Shown one piece after another: positions 25,638-34,555 of a stretch of 57,143 bases of DNA (within the stretch, counting starts at the first letter, position 1; each line of letters starts with the position of its first letter). Location: NCBI GenBank assembly GCA_964473025.1, contig CAYYMZ010000003.1:1-57143 (forward strand), in the 5' to 3' direction. This stretch comes from an uncultured Candidatus Saccharibacteria bacterium (GTDB taxonomy: Bacteria > Patescibacteriota > UBA1384 > DTJR01). The position numbers and the translations under genes are program-made. The notes under the pieces are model-generated. The model did no database searches and had not been told where the DNA came from. It saw only the letters and a program-made list of their open reading frames with translations.

Positions 25638-26510
25638 CTAGGGGGCGCCAGCGGAGGATCCGCCAGAGCCCGAGGTACCGGCCGCCGCACCAGGAACGGC
25701 CGAGGTCGAGGAGCTACTCGACGAGGCAGCCGCGGCCGCGGCTCCGTAGCCGTACCCGTTGCCTCCATCTCCTCCTTGACCTCCGGTCGCATTGCCACCA
25801 GTCGCATAGCCACCGTTGGCGGTCGCCGTGACGATGAAATCGCCAGCGCGGCGAGCTGTTAGGTTGCCCGAGGCGATTCCGATCAGGCCGCCGAGAATTC
25901 CGGGTGTTCCAGCGACAACCGCAACGTTGCCTCCGCCGCACTGTACCGGCTGCTGGGCAAAGCCACCGTTGCCGGAGAGGGAGGGCCAGATATTGCGGAC
26001 TTCATAGATCGGTTGAAGAATCCGCTCTCTGACCACAACCTGCGACGGACACGGCGCTTGGGTGAGCTGGGCGAATGACGTACACTCACCGGGAGGTCCG
26101 GGAGGGCCCTGGATGCTTTGCCCGGGCGGACCGGGAGGTCCGGGAGGGCCAGTGGGGCCGGTTGTGCAGACCGGAGTTGGAATCGTGATTGAGGTCTCTT
26201 CCTGAACCTCAACCTGATAGACAACGTTCCCGCATCTCTTAACACGGATGACGTTGCCGTCAACGAAGCACTCCGCGTAGAAGTTGCCCTCGCGGACGAC
26301 GTCTGTCTGTTCGCCATTTCGGCTCGTCCGGCTGAAGACCAGCAACTTGTGCTGGTTGAAGAATTCGGCGCTAGCCGGGTTCGCGTCGTAGAGCTTCGTG
26401 GTCGTAACCGTCACTGTCTGGGGCGTGGGGTCAGGCGCGTTCTGCGCTATCGCCGCGCCGGCCATCACCACCATCATCAGCACCATCAGTATCATGAGAT
26501 ACTTTTTCAT
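25638..26510 (-). CDS. Secreted protein with a collagen-like GPPGPPGPPG tract and a Gly-rich tail
   Basis: Signal peptide MKKYLMILMVLMMVVMAGAAIAQ. GPTGPPGPPGPPGQSIQGPPGPPGE tract. C-terminal GGNATGGQGGDGGNGYGYG. High GC. Confidence 0.8.
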   Translation of the reverse strand: MKKYLMILMVLMMVVMAGAAIAQNAPDPTPQTVTVTTTKLYDANPASAEFFNQHKLLVFSRTSRNGEQTDVVREGNFYAECFVDGNVIRVKRCGNVVYQVEVQEETSITIPTPVCTTGPTGPPGPPGPPGQSIQGPPGPPGECTSFAQLTQAPCPSQVVVRERILQPIYEVRNIWPSLSGNGGFAQQPVQCGGGNVAVVAGTPGILGGLIGIASGNLTARRAGDFIVTATANGGYATGGNATGGQGGDGGNGYGYGAAAAAASSSSSSTSAVPGAAAGTSGSGGSSAGAP

Positions 26511-26525
26511 CTTTCTTCCTCCTCC

Positions 26526-27614
26526 TTACTGTCCACGGACGAAGAATGACATCTCTTGTCCGGCTACGGTCGTGGCGGGCAGGGGCTTGCCGTAGATGTC
26601 GGCAAGCACTTCTCTGCCGTCAATGTAGACGTGAACGGTTTCGCCACCGGCGAAATCGTAGAAGGCGACAATTCCGTCACCCATACCACTGACCGGCAGA
26701 TACGATCCGCCGTTCGGTTTGGTGACAAGAACGCTCGCTTTAGCCCCATACATCAGTTCCCCGTTGGCATCGAGGACCACGACGAGAGCCGCCTTTATCC
26801 CCTTCTCGGCGGCGGCCTGCCGGTACCATGCGATGCGCGCGAGCGCGGCTTGGCCAATGACAGGGGCGATGGTGGGAGGGGTGTAGGCGGGGAGTGCCGT
26901 GGAAGGCAAAACCGGAGGTGTTGGAGGTAGAACTGGAGGTACCGGAGGCGGACCCTCGTCGCCCGTCACATCGTCATACCTTAGGAACCTCTTCTCAACA
27001 ACCGGATCGCTGACGAAGAAGGTGACGCGGCTCGAAGCTTTCAGCCGCGGCTTGTCCTTCTGTTCGACATTGATCTCGACCGTGAAACCACCAGTGGGAA
27101 CCCGGTCGGTGTTGATAACAAACTGCGGGTAGCGATCTATTGCGCAGTAGGCGGCCTGACCGGGCCGCGTGCCATGCATCTTGGTACAGTGATCGGACGC
27201 GATCGCATCGTCGAAGACCTTGTCAAAGACCTCCTGTGGCGTGTCGTCCTGACACACCTTAACGATTTCCATCGGGGTACCGGCCAAGTACGGCACGATA
27301 CGTCCAACCTTGTCTTGCTCGTAGTGGGGGTTGATAACCCCGTGCAGGAGAAGCCCCCTCGGAACTCCTATGCGGATGTTGTCGAATGTTGCATACCCTG
27401 TAGAACCCTGAATCGAGTCCGTTGGGAACAACAACATCTTCTTGTCGTAATCCCAGACCTGGAGGCAAAGATCCGCCCCCGGGAACGTGAGGTTTATGTA
27501 GGCACCGTCAGACCCCATGAAGAGGTCTTTGACGTCGTCAGCGTGCACAGGCACCGAAGCACCCCCCAGCACGCACATCACCAGCACCATCATGACCGCA
27601 AACGTGGTTCTCAT
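26526..27614 (-). CDS. Secreted protein: N-domain, Pro-rich linker, shared beta-sandwich-like module
   Basis: Signal peptide. Linker PPPVPPVLPPTPPVLP. The C-terminal ~105 aa are almost identical to a module in the upstream gene. Confidence 0.8.
   Translation of the reverse strand: MRTTFAVMMVLVMCVLGGASVPVHADDVKDLFMGSDGAYINLTFPGADLCLQVWDYDKKMLLFPTDSIQGSTGYATFDNIRIGVPRGLLLHGVINPHYEQDKVGRIVPYLAGTPMEIVKVCQDDTPQEVFDKVFDDAIASDHCTKMHGTRPGQAAYCAIDRYPQFVINTDRVPTGGFTVEINVEQKDKPRLKASSRVTFFVSDPVVEKRFLRYDDVTGDEGPPPVPPVLPPTPPVLPSTALPAYTPPTIAPVIGQAALARIAWYRQAAAEKGIKAALVVVLDANGELMYGAKASVLVTKPNGGSYLPVSGMGDGIVAFYDFAGGETVHVYIDGREVLADIYGKPLPATTVAGQEMSFFVRGQ
26552..26869. repeat. 318-bp direct repeat, copy 1 (partner 28039-28356)
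   Basis: Read by eye, the sequence is identical from about 26574 to 26869 and has a few mismatches in the first ~20 nt. It encodes the shared protein module. Confidence 0.9.
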
Positions 27615-27616
27615 TC

Positions 27617-28912
27617 TTATCTTCCTCCTTGACTGACTAGTATGAGGTTGCCGATGCCCTCCCGCGTTATGATGGGAAGGTTCATCTTGGAGTCGAGCGT
27701 TTTGACAACCTCGACGTTATTGACGAAGACGGAGATTCTCTGCCCGACTACTACATCCGCAAGGCAGATGATTCCGTCGTTAGTCGCCGATAGGTTTCGG
27801 AAGCGATTTCCGGCCTGATCGACGATCTCGAGGTGAAACGGCGTGTTGGGGTCAAGATTCCCGTTGCCGTCAACCAGGACAGCTAGAAACGGGATTCTAA
27901 AGCCCCGAGCGCCAGTTGACTGGAACTCGTGACTCTCACTCAGCCGGTCTGGCACCAGCCCATAGGCCGCGAGTCGGTTTAGCGTTGTCTGACTCACGGG
28001 CGAGCTAGTTCCTATTTTTCCCTGGACAAAGATGACTGTCTCTTGTCCGGCAACTGTCATGGCGGGCAGGGGCTTGCCGTAGATGTCGGCAAGCACTTCT
28101 CTGCCGTCAATGTAGACGTGAACGGTTTCGCCACCGGCGAAATCGTAGAAGGCGACAATTCCGTCACCCATACCACTGACCGGCAGATACGATCCGCCGT
28201 TCGGTTTGGTGACAAGAACGCTCGCTTTAGCCCCATACATCAGTTCCCCGTTGGCATCGAGGACCACGACGAGAGCCGCCTTTATCCCCTTCTCGGCGGC
28301 GGCCTGCCGGTACCATGCGATGCGCGCGAGCGCGGCTTGGCCAATGACAGGGGCGACGGGAGGCGGGGTAAACGACGTTTGTAGGTCGAGGTCGATCACA
28401 CCCCAGAAAGCGCGTCCATCGCTGGGCACGATTATCTGGTGTGTTGGATCGTTGGGGTCCGGATTACCCAAGACGCAACGGCCGTCAAAGAAGACGACTA
28501 GCTTTTGCCCAGAGGTAAACACGGTTACCTTCCTCCCGTTTTCGTAGGTTAGATCCTGACGTTTCGATATAAACACCCCAAGGGGCGTCTGTATCTCGGC
28601 GGGATTACCACCCACGATTACGTTAAAGGTTACGGGACAGACAATCTGCCCCGCCTTAATGAAGGCGAGGATCACCGTTGCCGAAGCTCCGGTGACTGCG
28701 GTCTGGAAGTATCCAGACGTTCGAAGTGGCCCTGTGTACCCGACGGCTTGCGCCACGATACCGAGCACCTTATCGGTGTCGGAAATCTCAAAGTCGGGTC
28801 CGGTGGGGACCGCTTGCACAGGGCCGGCAAGTTCCGGCGTCTGCGCTTCGGCTGCCGTGATGGCGACCAGAACGACAAACATCAAAACCACGACCCAAAC
28901 GCTCGCTTTCAT
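27617..28912 (-). CDS. Secreted protein with the shared module plus a second, diverged module
   Basis: Signal peptide MKASVWVVVLMFVVLVAITAAEA. The internal module is identical to the C-terminus of the downstream gene. The C-terminal domain has a similar V.V.D.NG...G pattern (CarboxypepD_reg-like flavour). Confidence 0.8.
   Translation of the reverse strand: MKASVWVVVLMFVVLVAITAAEAQTPELAGPVQAVPTGPDFEISDTDKVLGIVAQAVGYTGPLRTSGYFQTAVTGASATVILAFIKAGQIVCPVTFNVIVGGNPAEIQTPLGVFISKRQDLTYENGRKVTVFTSGQKLVVFFDGRCVLGNPDPNDPTHQIIVPSDGRAFWGVIDLDLQTSFTPPPVAPVIGQAALARIAWYRQAAAEKGIKAALVVVLDANGELMYGAKASVLVTKPNGGSYLPVSGMGDGIVAFYDFAGGETVHVYIDGREVLADIYGKPLPAMTVAGQETVIFVQGKIGTSSPVSQTTLNRLAAYGLVPDRLSESHEFQSTGARGFRIPFLAVLVDGNGNLDPNTPFHLEIVDQAGNRFRNLSATNDGIICLADVVVGQRISVFVNNVEVVKTLDSKMNLPIITREGIGNLILVSQGGR
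28039..28356. repeat. 318-bp direct repeat, copy 2
   Basis: See copy 1. The offset is a constant 1487 nt. Confidence 0.9.
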
Positions 28913-29010
28913 TTGATTATCCCCCTTAGCCGCACAAGCGGCGAATTTCCGCCGCTAGGCGGTTACTTACTAACATAATGTCAAAATGCACTTTTCCGTC
29001 GGAAAAAGAC

Positions 29011-29098
29011 GGGCAGGGGTCTAGCCAGGAAAAGAGAAGGAGGGGCCTGCTCCGTCAGTGCGGAGCAACTCTCCCTGATCCCAGCTAGACCTCTGCCC
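29011..29098. promoter_or_regulatory. 88-nt stem-loop element upstream of the high-GC gene block
   Basis: GGGCAGGGGTCTAGC (29011-29025) pairs with GCTAGACCTCTGCCC (29084-29098). There is one non-Watson-Crick position, which is G-U only on the plus strand. The inner hairpin is GCTCCG-TCAGTG-CGGAGC. Confidence 0.4.
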
Positions 29099-29118
29099 AA
29101 CTGATTAACCCAACAAAA

Positions 29119-29137
29119 AGAAGGGCATTGCCCTCCT
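29119..29137 (-). terminator. Terminator after cysS
   Basis: On the minus strand, AGGGC-AAT-GCCCT is followed by TCTTTTTGTT. Confidence 0.6.
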
Positions 29138-29235
29138 CAATTTTTAAATCATCTCGCTGCGTTATTAAATCACTCTGCTGATTTATCTAATCAGAATATA
29201 ATAGCTTAAAACAGGTCAGATGTCAAGAGTACGGC

Positions 29236-30669
29236 CTATTTTTGAAGAATTCGCGTCGTGTCTTTTAGGTCTTCAACCTCAAAGCCCATGTCTTCGATTT
29301 CACGCCTAACTTTGTCCGCATCATCATACAAACCCTTGTTCCGCAACCGCTCCCTGTTTTTCACCAGTTCGTACACGGATTGCGGAATCTTTACATCTCT
29401 ATTTAAATCAAGGGCAAAAATCCGGTCAACCTTTTCGATGAAATCACCCGCTATTCTCCCAAGGTATCCTTTGCTTTGGGCATTACTTATTGAATTAAAA
29501 ATAACAGCAAATGCAGTTGGCGTATTAAGATTATCGACAATAGCATTTTCAAATTCATTTAAAGCGTTTTTATAAAACTCACCTTCACCCTTGATTTCAC
29601 TCTTTGCATCTATGGATTGGGCAAACTCTCTTAGTTTTGACAAAGAATTTTTGGCTTGAGTTAAGCTATCATAACTAAAACTTAATTTACTTTGAAAGCT
29701 CGCCGACAAACAAAGGTAGCGGAAATCCAACGGTTCATATCCCTTTTTCACCAAATCCTCAAGGCGTAAAAAACTCCCTTCGGACTTGGCCATTTTTTTG
29801 CCTTCATTTAAAAGGTGCTCTGAATGAACCCAATATTTTGCCAGAGGCAAATCACAGGCCGCTTCTGATTGGGCGATCTCGTTGGTGTGATGAACCGGTA
29901 TGTGATCAACCCCGCCGGTATGGATCTCGAACGGTTGACCTAAATACTTGGTACTCATCGCCGAACATTCGATGTGCCAACCGGGAAAACCCACGCCCCA
30001 AGGAGACGGCCATTCCATTTCTCTTCGACCCTTAGCGTCGTCCTGAGCAACGTCGAAGGATCTACCACCCGGATGGGAGAATTTCCAAAGAGCAAAATCG
30101 GCTGGATTTTTCTTTTCGGGATTTCTTTCGACCCTCGCTCCCTCTTTTTGTCCTGCCAAGTCAAGGCGCGCCAGCTTTCCATAATCTTTCGATTTGGAGG
30201 TATCAAAATATACTCCATCGGAGGTCTTATAGGTATACCCCTTCTCTTCGAGTGTTTTAATTAAATTTATTTGATCATCGATATGCTCGGTGGCACGGCA
30301 CAGTATCTCTGGTTTTTCAATATTGAGGCGTTTCAAATCCTCAAGAAATGATGTTTCGAAATGGCGCGCCACATCGTAAGCTGTCATTCCTTCGCGTCTG
30401 GCGCCTTTTTCAATTTTATCTTCACCCTCATCGGCATCTGAGGTCAAATGCCCGACATCAGTGATATTCATGACGTGCTTCACCTCATAGCCGAAATATT
30501 TGAAGGTACGGACCAAGAGATCGTCGAAAATATATTTACGCAAATTTCCGATATGAGCGTAATCGTAAACCGTTAAGCCACAGGAGTAAATCCGGACGAG
30601 ATTTCCCTTGTCCGGAACAATTTTCTCCTTTCGACGGGTCAGGGTGTTATAGAGTTGTATCGTTTTCAT
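29236..30669 (-). CDS. cysS: Cysteine--tRNA ligase
   Basis: HIGN (HIGH) and KMAKS (KMSKS) motifs. I moved the start to MKTIQLYNT, because the track's extension overlaps the upstream gene. Confidence 0.93.
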   Translation of the reverse strand: MKTIQLYNTLTRRKEKIVPDKGNLVRIYSCGLTVYDYAHIGNLRKYIFDDLLVRTFKYFGYEVKHVMNITDVGHLTSDADEGEDKIEKGARREGMTAYDVARHFETSFLEDLKRLNIEKPEILCRATEHIDDQINLIKTLEEKGYTYKTSDGVYFDTSKSKDYGKLARLDLAGQKEGARVERNPEKKNPADFALWKFSHPGGRSFDVAQDDAKGRREMEWPSPWGVGFPGWHIECSAMSTKYLGQPFEIHTGGVDHIPVHHTNEIAQSEAACDLPLAKYWVHSEHLLNEGKKMAKSEGSFLRLEDLVKKGYEPLDFRYLCLSASFQSKLSFSYDSLTQAKNSLSKLREFAQSIDAKSEIKGEGEFYKNALNEFENAIVDNLNTPTAFAVIFNSISNAQSKGYLGRIAGDFIEKVDRIFALDLNRDVKIPQSVYELVKNRERLRNKGLYDDADKVRREIEDMGFEVEDLKDTTRILQK

Positions 30670-30898
30670 CGTTGTTTTTCTCGCTCTTTTCTTCTTTTTC
30701 TTGCTCGCTTTCCAAACTAACATCGTCAAAAATATCACTTTTCTTTTCCTCAGCTTTTGCGATTCTATCAACTTCTGCGCTAAGCGATGCCATCGGGATA
30801 TTACAGACAGGGCACATCACGTCATTTCCTTCAAAACCACAGGTTGGGCAAAATTTTGCTTCATCGATTTTGTCAACTTCAATTTTATTATTTTCCAT
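30647..30898 (-). CDS. Small zinc-ribbon protein with an acidic tail
   Basis: CPTCG...CPVC pattern in 83 aa. Overlaps the recR stop and the cysS start. Confidence 0.6.
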   Translation of the reverse strand: MENNKIEVDKIDEAKFCPTCGFEGNDVMCPVCNIPMASLSAEVDRIAKAEEKKSDIFDDVSLESEQEKEEKSEKNNDENDTTL

Positions 30899-31500
30899 CA
30901 GAACTCCTTTCTTCCCTCGAGTGAGCGCAACAGGGTTAGTTCGTCGGCATATTCCAAATCCCCCCCCACCGGCAAACCTCGAGCTAAACGTGTTACTTTT
31001 ATTTCCAACGGACGAATTCTGTCGGAGAGATAAACTGCTGTCGCCTCTCCCTCCAAGGACGGATTGGTCGCCAGAATCACCTCTTTTATTTTATCAGAAT
31101 CAGCCCTCAAACGGTTAATTAATTCCGAAATCCTTAAATCGTCTGGTCCAATTCCCGAAATTGGCGAAATCGCACCGCCTAAAACATGGTACAAACCATC
31201 AAATCCTCCCCTCTCAATAGCCAAAACGTCCAACGGCTCTTCCACGACACAGACAATTGAAATATTCCGCTCCTGATCGGCGCAAATTTCACAGGGCTCG
31301 CTCTCCGCAAAATTAAAGCACTTCGTGCATGTCTTTAAATTACTTTTGAGGTTATAAACAGAATCGGCAAGGGCTTTGATATCTCCTTCGGATTTAGAAA
31401 GCAAATAAAAGCAAATCCGCGCCGCTGATTTTGGGCCAATGCCCGGTAAGCGGGAAAATTCATCGATCAAATTTTGGATAGATTTTGGTAAGCGAGCCAT
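30898..31500 (-). CDS. recR: Recombination protein RecR
   Basis: HhH N-terminus, C4 zinc finger (CTKC...CEIC) and a Toprim domain. Confidence 0.93.
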   Translation of the reverse strand: MARLPKSIQNLIDEFSRLPGIGPKSAARICFYLLSKSEGDIKALADSVYNLKSNLKTCTKCFNFAESEPCEICADQERNISIVCVVEEPLDVLAIERGGFDGLYHVLGGAISPISGIGPDDLRISELINRLRADSDKIKEVILATNPSLEGEATAVYLSDRIRPLEIKVTRLARGLPVGGDLEYADELTLLRSLEGRKEF

Positions 31501-31655
31501 ACTGATTAGAATTATGAATTATGGATTATGGATTTAAAATTTTAGTTTACGATTTTCGATTTTTGACCGATGCACCTCGGAAGTTTCAAATGCGCTAAGA
31601 TTTTCCAATGCGCATTTGAAGAACCGTACGTGCAAGGTGAAAAGCGAAAATCATA

Positions 31656-33641
31656 TTATTTCTTTACTTTCTCAATATACTTGCACTCTGGATATCCGGT
31701 GCAGCCAATAAAGGGGCCGTATTTGCCGTTAACGATCTTCAGGTCCTTTTTACAAGTAGGGCATTTTCTGTCCTTGATTGCATTTTGCGCCTCATCAATC
31801 TTCTGCTGAACCTCTGGTGCAACATAACTTCTGGTATAGCGACAATCAGGGAACCCAGTGCAACCGATAAATACCCCTCTTTTTGAGTGTTTGATAATTA
31901 GGCCCTTTTTGCAGTCGGGACATTTCTCATCAAGTTTTTCATCCATATCCCGTTTTTCGATTTTATCAGTTCTCGCGGATAAGTTTTTGCTAAACGGTCC
32001 ATAAAAGTCGGCGATAACACGGGGCCACTCTCTTTTTCCTTCGGCAATTTCGTCAAATTCATCTTCGATTTGGGCCGTAAATGTATAATCCATGACGTCG
32101 GCAAAATTTTCTACCAATAAATCATTAACGACGAAACCGACTTTTTCGGGCCGCAATCTCCCCTTCTCCCTGATCACATATCCCCTATCCTGAATTGTCG
32201 ACATTGTCGGTGCATACGTTGACGGCCGGCCAATCCCCTTTTCTTCAAGCGCCTTAATCAATGTCGCTTCTGAATATCTGGCGGGTGGTTCGGTAAAGTG
32301 CTGTTCTCTTTTTAGTTCCACTAAATTCGGCTTATCGCCAACGGAGAGCGCGGGCAATGACACTTCCTTAATTCTTTCGGGATAAAGTTCGAGCCAGCCC
32401 TTAAATTTGATTGCCTGACCACGGGCGACAAATATAAATGCGTTATTTTTAATCTTTACTTCCAGAACATCGACCGTTGCTTCTTTCATTTGCGATGCAA
32501 TGGCGCGGCGCCAAATCAAATCGTAAAGTTTAAGCTGTTGAGGGTCGGCTTTTCCAGAAAGAGTATCCGGTGATTTAAAAACATCAACCGGACGGATTGC
32601 TTCGTGCGCCTCTTGCGCATGCTTGGCCTTGGTTTGATATTTACGCGTACTGCCCGATAAATGTGCGGCAGAGAATTTATCTGTTATATATTTACGAATA
32701 CTTTCCACCGCTCCGAGCGAGAGATTAACTGAGTCGGTTCGCATATAGGTAATCAACCCGGATTCATATAGCCCTTGGGCTAACCGCATTGTTTGCTTGG
32801 CAGAATATCCCAAACGGTTTGATGACTCCTGCTGTAAGGTCGATGTTGTAAACGGCGCATATGGGTTTCTGACTTCTTCTTTGCGGTTAATACTCGTAAC
32901 TTCGTATGTCCCCCTCTCCAATTGCTTGGCGATTTTTTCCGCTTCATCCTTGTTTTGAATTGTAAGCTTATCTATCTTTTTGCCCTCGGCTTCCACCAGA
33001 GATGCTTCAAAATTTTTCTTCAACTTTTCCAAAACGGCTATAACCGACCAGTACTCCTGCGCTTTGAATGCGTCTATTTCACGCTCTTTCTCGACAACTA
33101 AACGCACCGCAACCGATTGCACACGCCCCGCCGATAATCCCTTATATACTTTCTTCCATAAAAGAGGGCTCAGGTTGTAACCGACCAAACGATCTAAAAC
33201 GCGCCTGGCTTGCTGGGCATCAACCAGATTTATATTAATCTCTCTCGGATGTTTGATTGCCTCTAAAATTGCGGTTTTCGAAATTTCACCAAAAGTAATT
33301 CTTTTTATCTTTTGACTTTTCACTTTTGACTCTTCACTTCCGAGGCCTATGGCCTCGGCTATATGCCAAGCAATCGCCTCTCCTTCGCGGTCCAAGTCCG
33401 TTGCCAGTAAAACTTCGTCGGCCGAAGCCGCCATTTTTTTAATCAAATTGACCGTTTTCTTACTTTTGACCGGTACGATATAAGTGGGCTCAAAATTATG
33501 CTCCACGTCAACCCCTAGTTTAGACGAAGGGAGGTCGCGGACATGACCAAAAGAAGCGGTGACTTCGTAGTCGCTGCCTAAATAATTATTGATTGTCTTT
33601 GCCTTCGCCGGTGACTCAACGATCACCAATTTCTTTGCCAT
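31656..33641 (-). CDS. topA: DNA topoisomerase I
   Basis: Toprim LVIVESPAKAKTI, active-site ITYMRTDS and C-terminal zinc ribbons (CPDC...GCTGFPDC, CPTC...GCTGYPEC). Confidence 0.95.
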   Translation of the reverse strand: MAKKLVIVESPAKAKTINNYLGSDYEVTASFGHVRDLPSSKLGVDVEHNFEPTYIVPVKSKKTVNLIKKMAASADEVLLATDLDREGEAIAWHIAEAIGLGSEESKVKSQKIKRITFGEISKTAILEAIKHPREININLVDAQQARRVLDRLVGYNLSPLLWKKVYKGLSAGRVQSVAVRLVVEKEREIDAFKAQEYWSVIAVLEKLKKNFEASLVEAEGKKIDKLTIQNKDEAEKIAKQLERGTYEVTSINRKEEVRNPYAPFTTSTLQQESSNRLGYSAKQTMRLAQGLYESGLITYMRTDSVNLSLGAVESIRKYITDKFSAAHLSGSTRKYQTKAKHAQEAHEAIRPVDVFKSPDTLSGKADPQQLKLYDLIWRRAIASQMKEATVDVLEVKIKNNAFIFVARGQAIKFKGWLELYPERIKEVSLPALSVGDKPNLVELKREQHFTEPPARYSEATLIKALEEKGIGRPSTYAPTMSTIQDRGYVIREKGRLRPEKVGFVVNDLLVENFADVMDYTFTAQIEDEFDEIAEGKREWPRVIADFYGPFSKNLSARTDKIEKRDMDEKLDEKCPDCKKGLIIKHSKRGVFIGCTGFPDCRYTRSYVAPEVQQKIDEAQNAIKDRKCPTCKKDLKIVNGKYGPFIGCTGYPECKYIEKVKK

Positions 33642-33686
33642 ATAGTTTTCCTTGCCTGATTATTTTCTTCGATTATCCAAGCCATG

Positions 33687-34544
33687 TCAAATCTTGGAAT
33701 ATTCACCGGAGCTGGTTAACTTAATTAATCCCTTAATTTCAAGCTGTAGAAGCGTCGAATTTAACTGCGCCGGGCGCAACTTCGATTCTTTTAATATTTG
33801 ATCGAATTCGGATTTTTGGGTATTTATTACCTCAAAAACCAGCTTTTCTATGCTGGATAAATCTACGAGATTTAATTTGCCTTCTTCTATCCCCAGTACA
33901 TCTAAAACATCTTTCGCGCCAGTCACACAATATGCACCTTGCTTAATGAGATTATTCGTTCCGACTGAATTTAACCTCGTAACATCACCGGGCAGGGCAA
34001 AAACATCACGGTTATAACTTAAGGCAAGACCAGCCGTTACTAATGCCCCCGATTTTTCGGCCGCTTCGATAACGATTGTCGCGCGGCTCAATCCCGCAAT
34101 AATTCTGTTTCGAAGCAGAAAATTTTGTATAAAAAAAGGATCCTCCGGACCGAATTCACTAATAATTAGACCTTTTTGTTTTAAAATTTCACGGGCCAAG
34201 CCAATGTGAGTGTGGGGATAGAAATCATTGATCGATGTTCCCAGAACAGCGATGGTTTTGCCATGTGCCCTAAGCGCTCCGCGATGAGCCGCTCCATCAA
34301 TACCAATAGCCAACCCTGAAACAATCGTAATATCACAACGAGCCAAATCACATGAAATTTTTTCACCTTGTGACAGACCGTAACTGGTTGCTCGCCTTGA
34401 GCCAACAACCGCAACGCAATTTTTTTCTTGTAAGAGATTTAGATTACCGACGCAAAATAATTTTTCAGGGCAATCGTTGATTTGATTGAGCAAAAAAGAA
34501 AACCGCTTATCTTTGCGGTTTATCAAAACATGTTTCTCAGGCAT
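33687..34544 (-). CDS. dprA: DNA processing protein DprA/Smf
   Basis: SGLAIGIDGAAHRGAL motif and family-typical length. Confidence 0.9.
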   Translation of the reverse strand: MPEKHVLINRKDKRFSFLLNQINDCPEKLFCVGNLNLLQEKNCVAVVGSRRATSYGLSQGEKISCDLARCDITIVSGLAIGIDGAAHRGALRAHGKTIAVLGTSINDFYPHTHIGLAREILKQKGLIISEFGPEDPFFIQNFLLRNRIIAGLSRATIVIEAAEKSGALVTAGLALSYNRDVFALPGDVTRLNSVGTNNLIKQGAYCVTGAKDVLDVLGIEEGKLNLVDLSSIEKLVFEVINTQKSEFDQILKESKLRPAQLNSTLLQLEIKGLIKLTSSGEYSKI

Positions 34545-34555
34545 TACAAGCTGTT

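Noticed and set aside
26552-28356. Diversity-generating retroelement (template/variable repeat pair), suggested by a ~318-bp repeat at the 3' region of surface-protein genes.
   Set aside because: The two copies are essentially identical rather than differing at adenine positions. Both are in-frame coding modules. No reverse transcriptase is present in the window.
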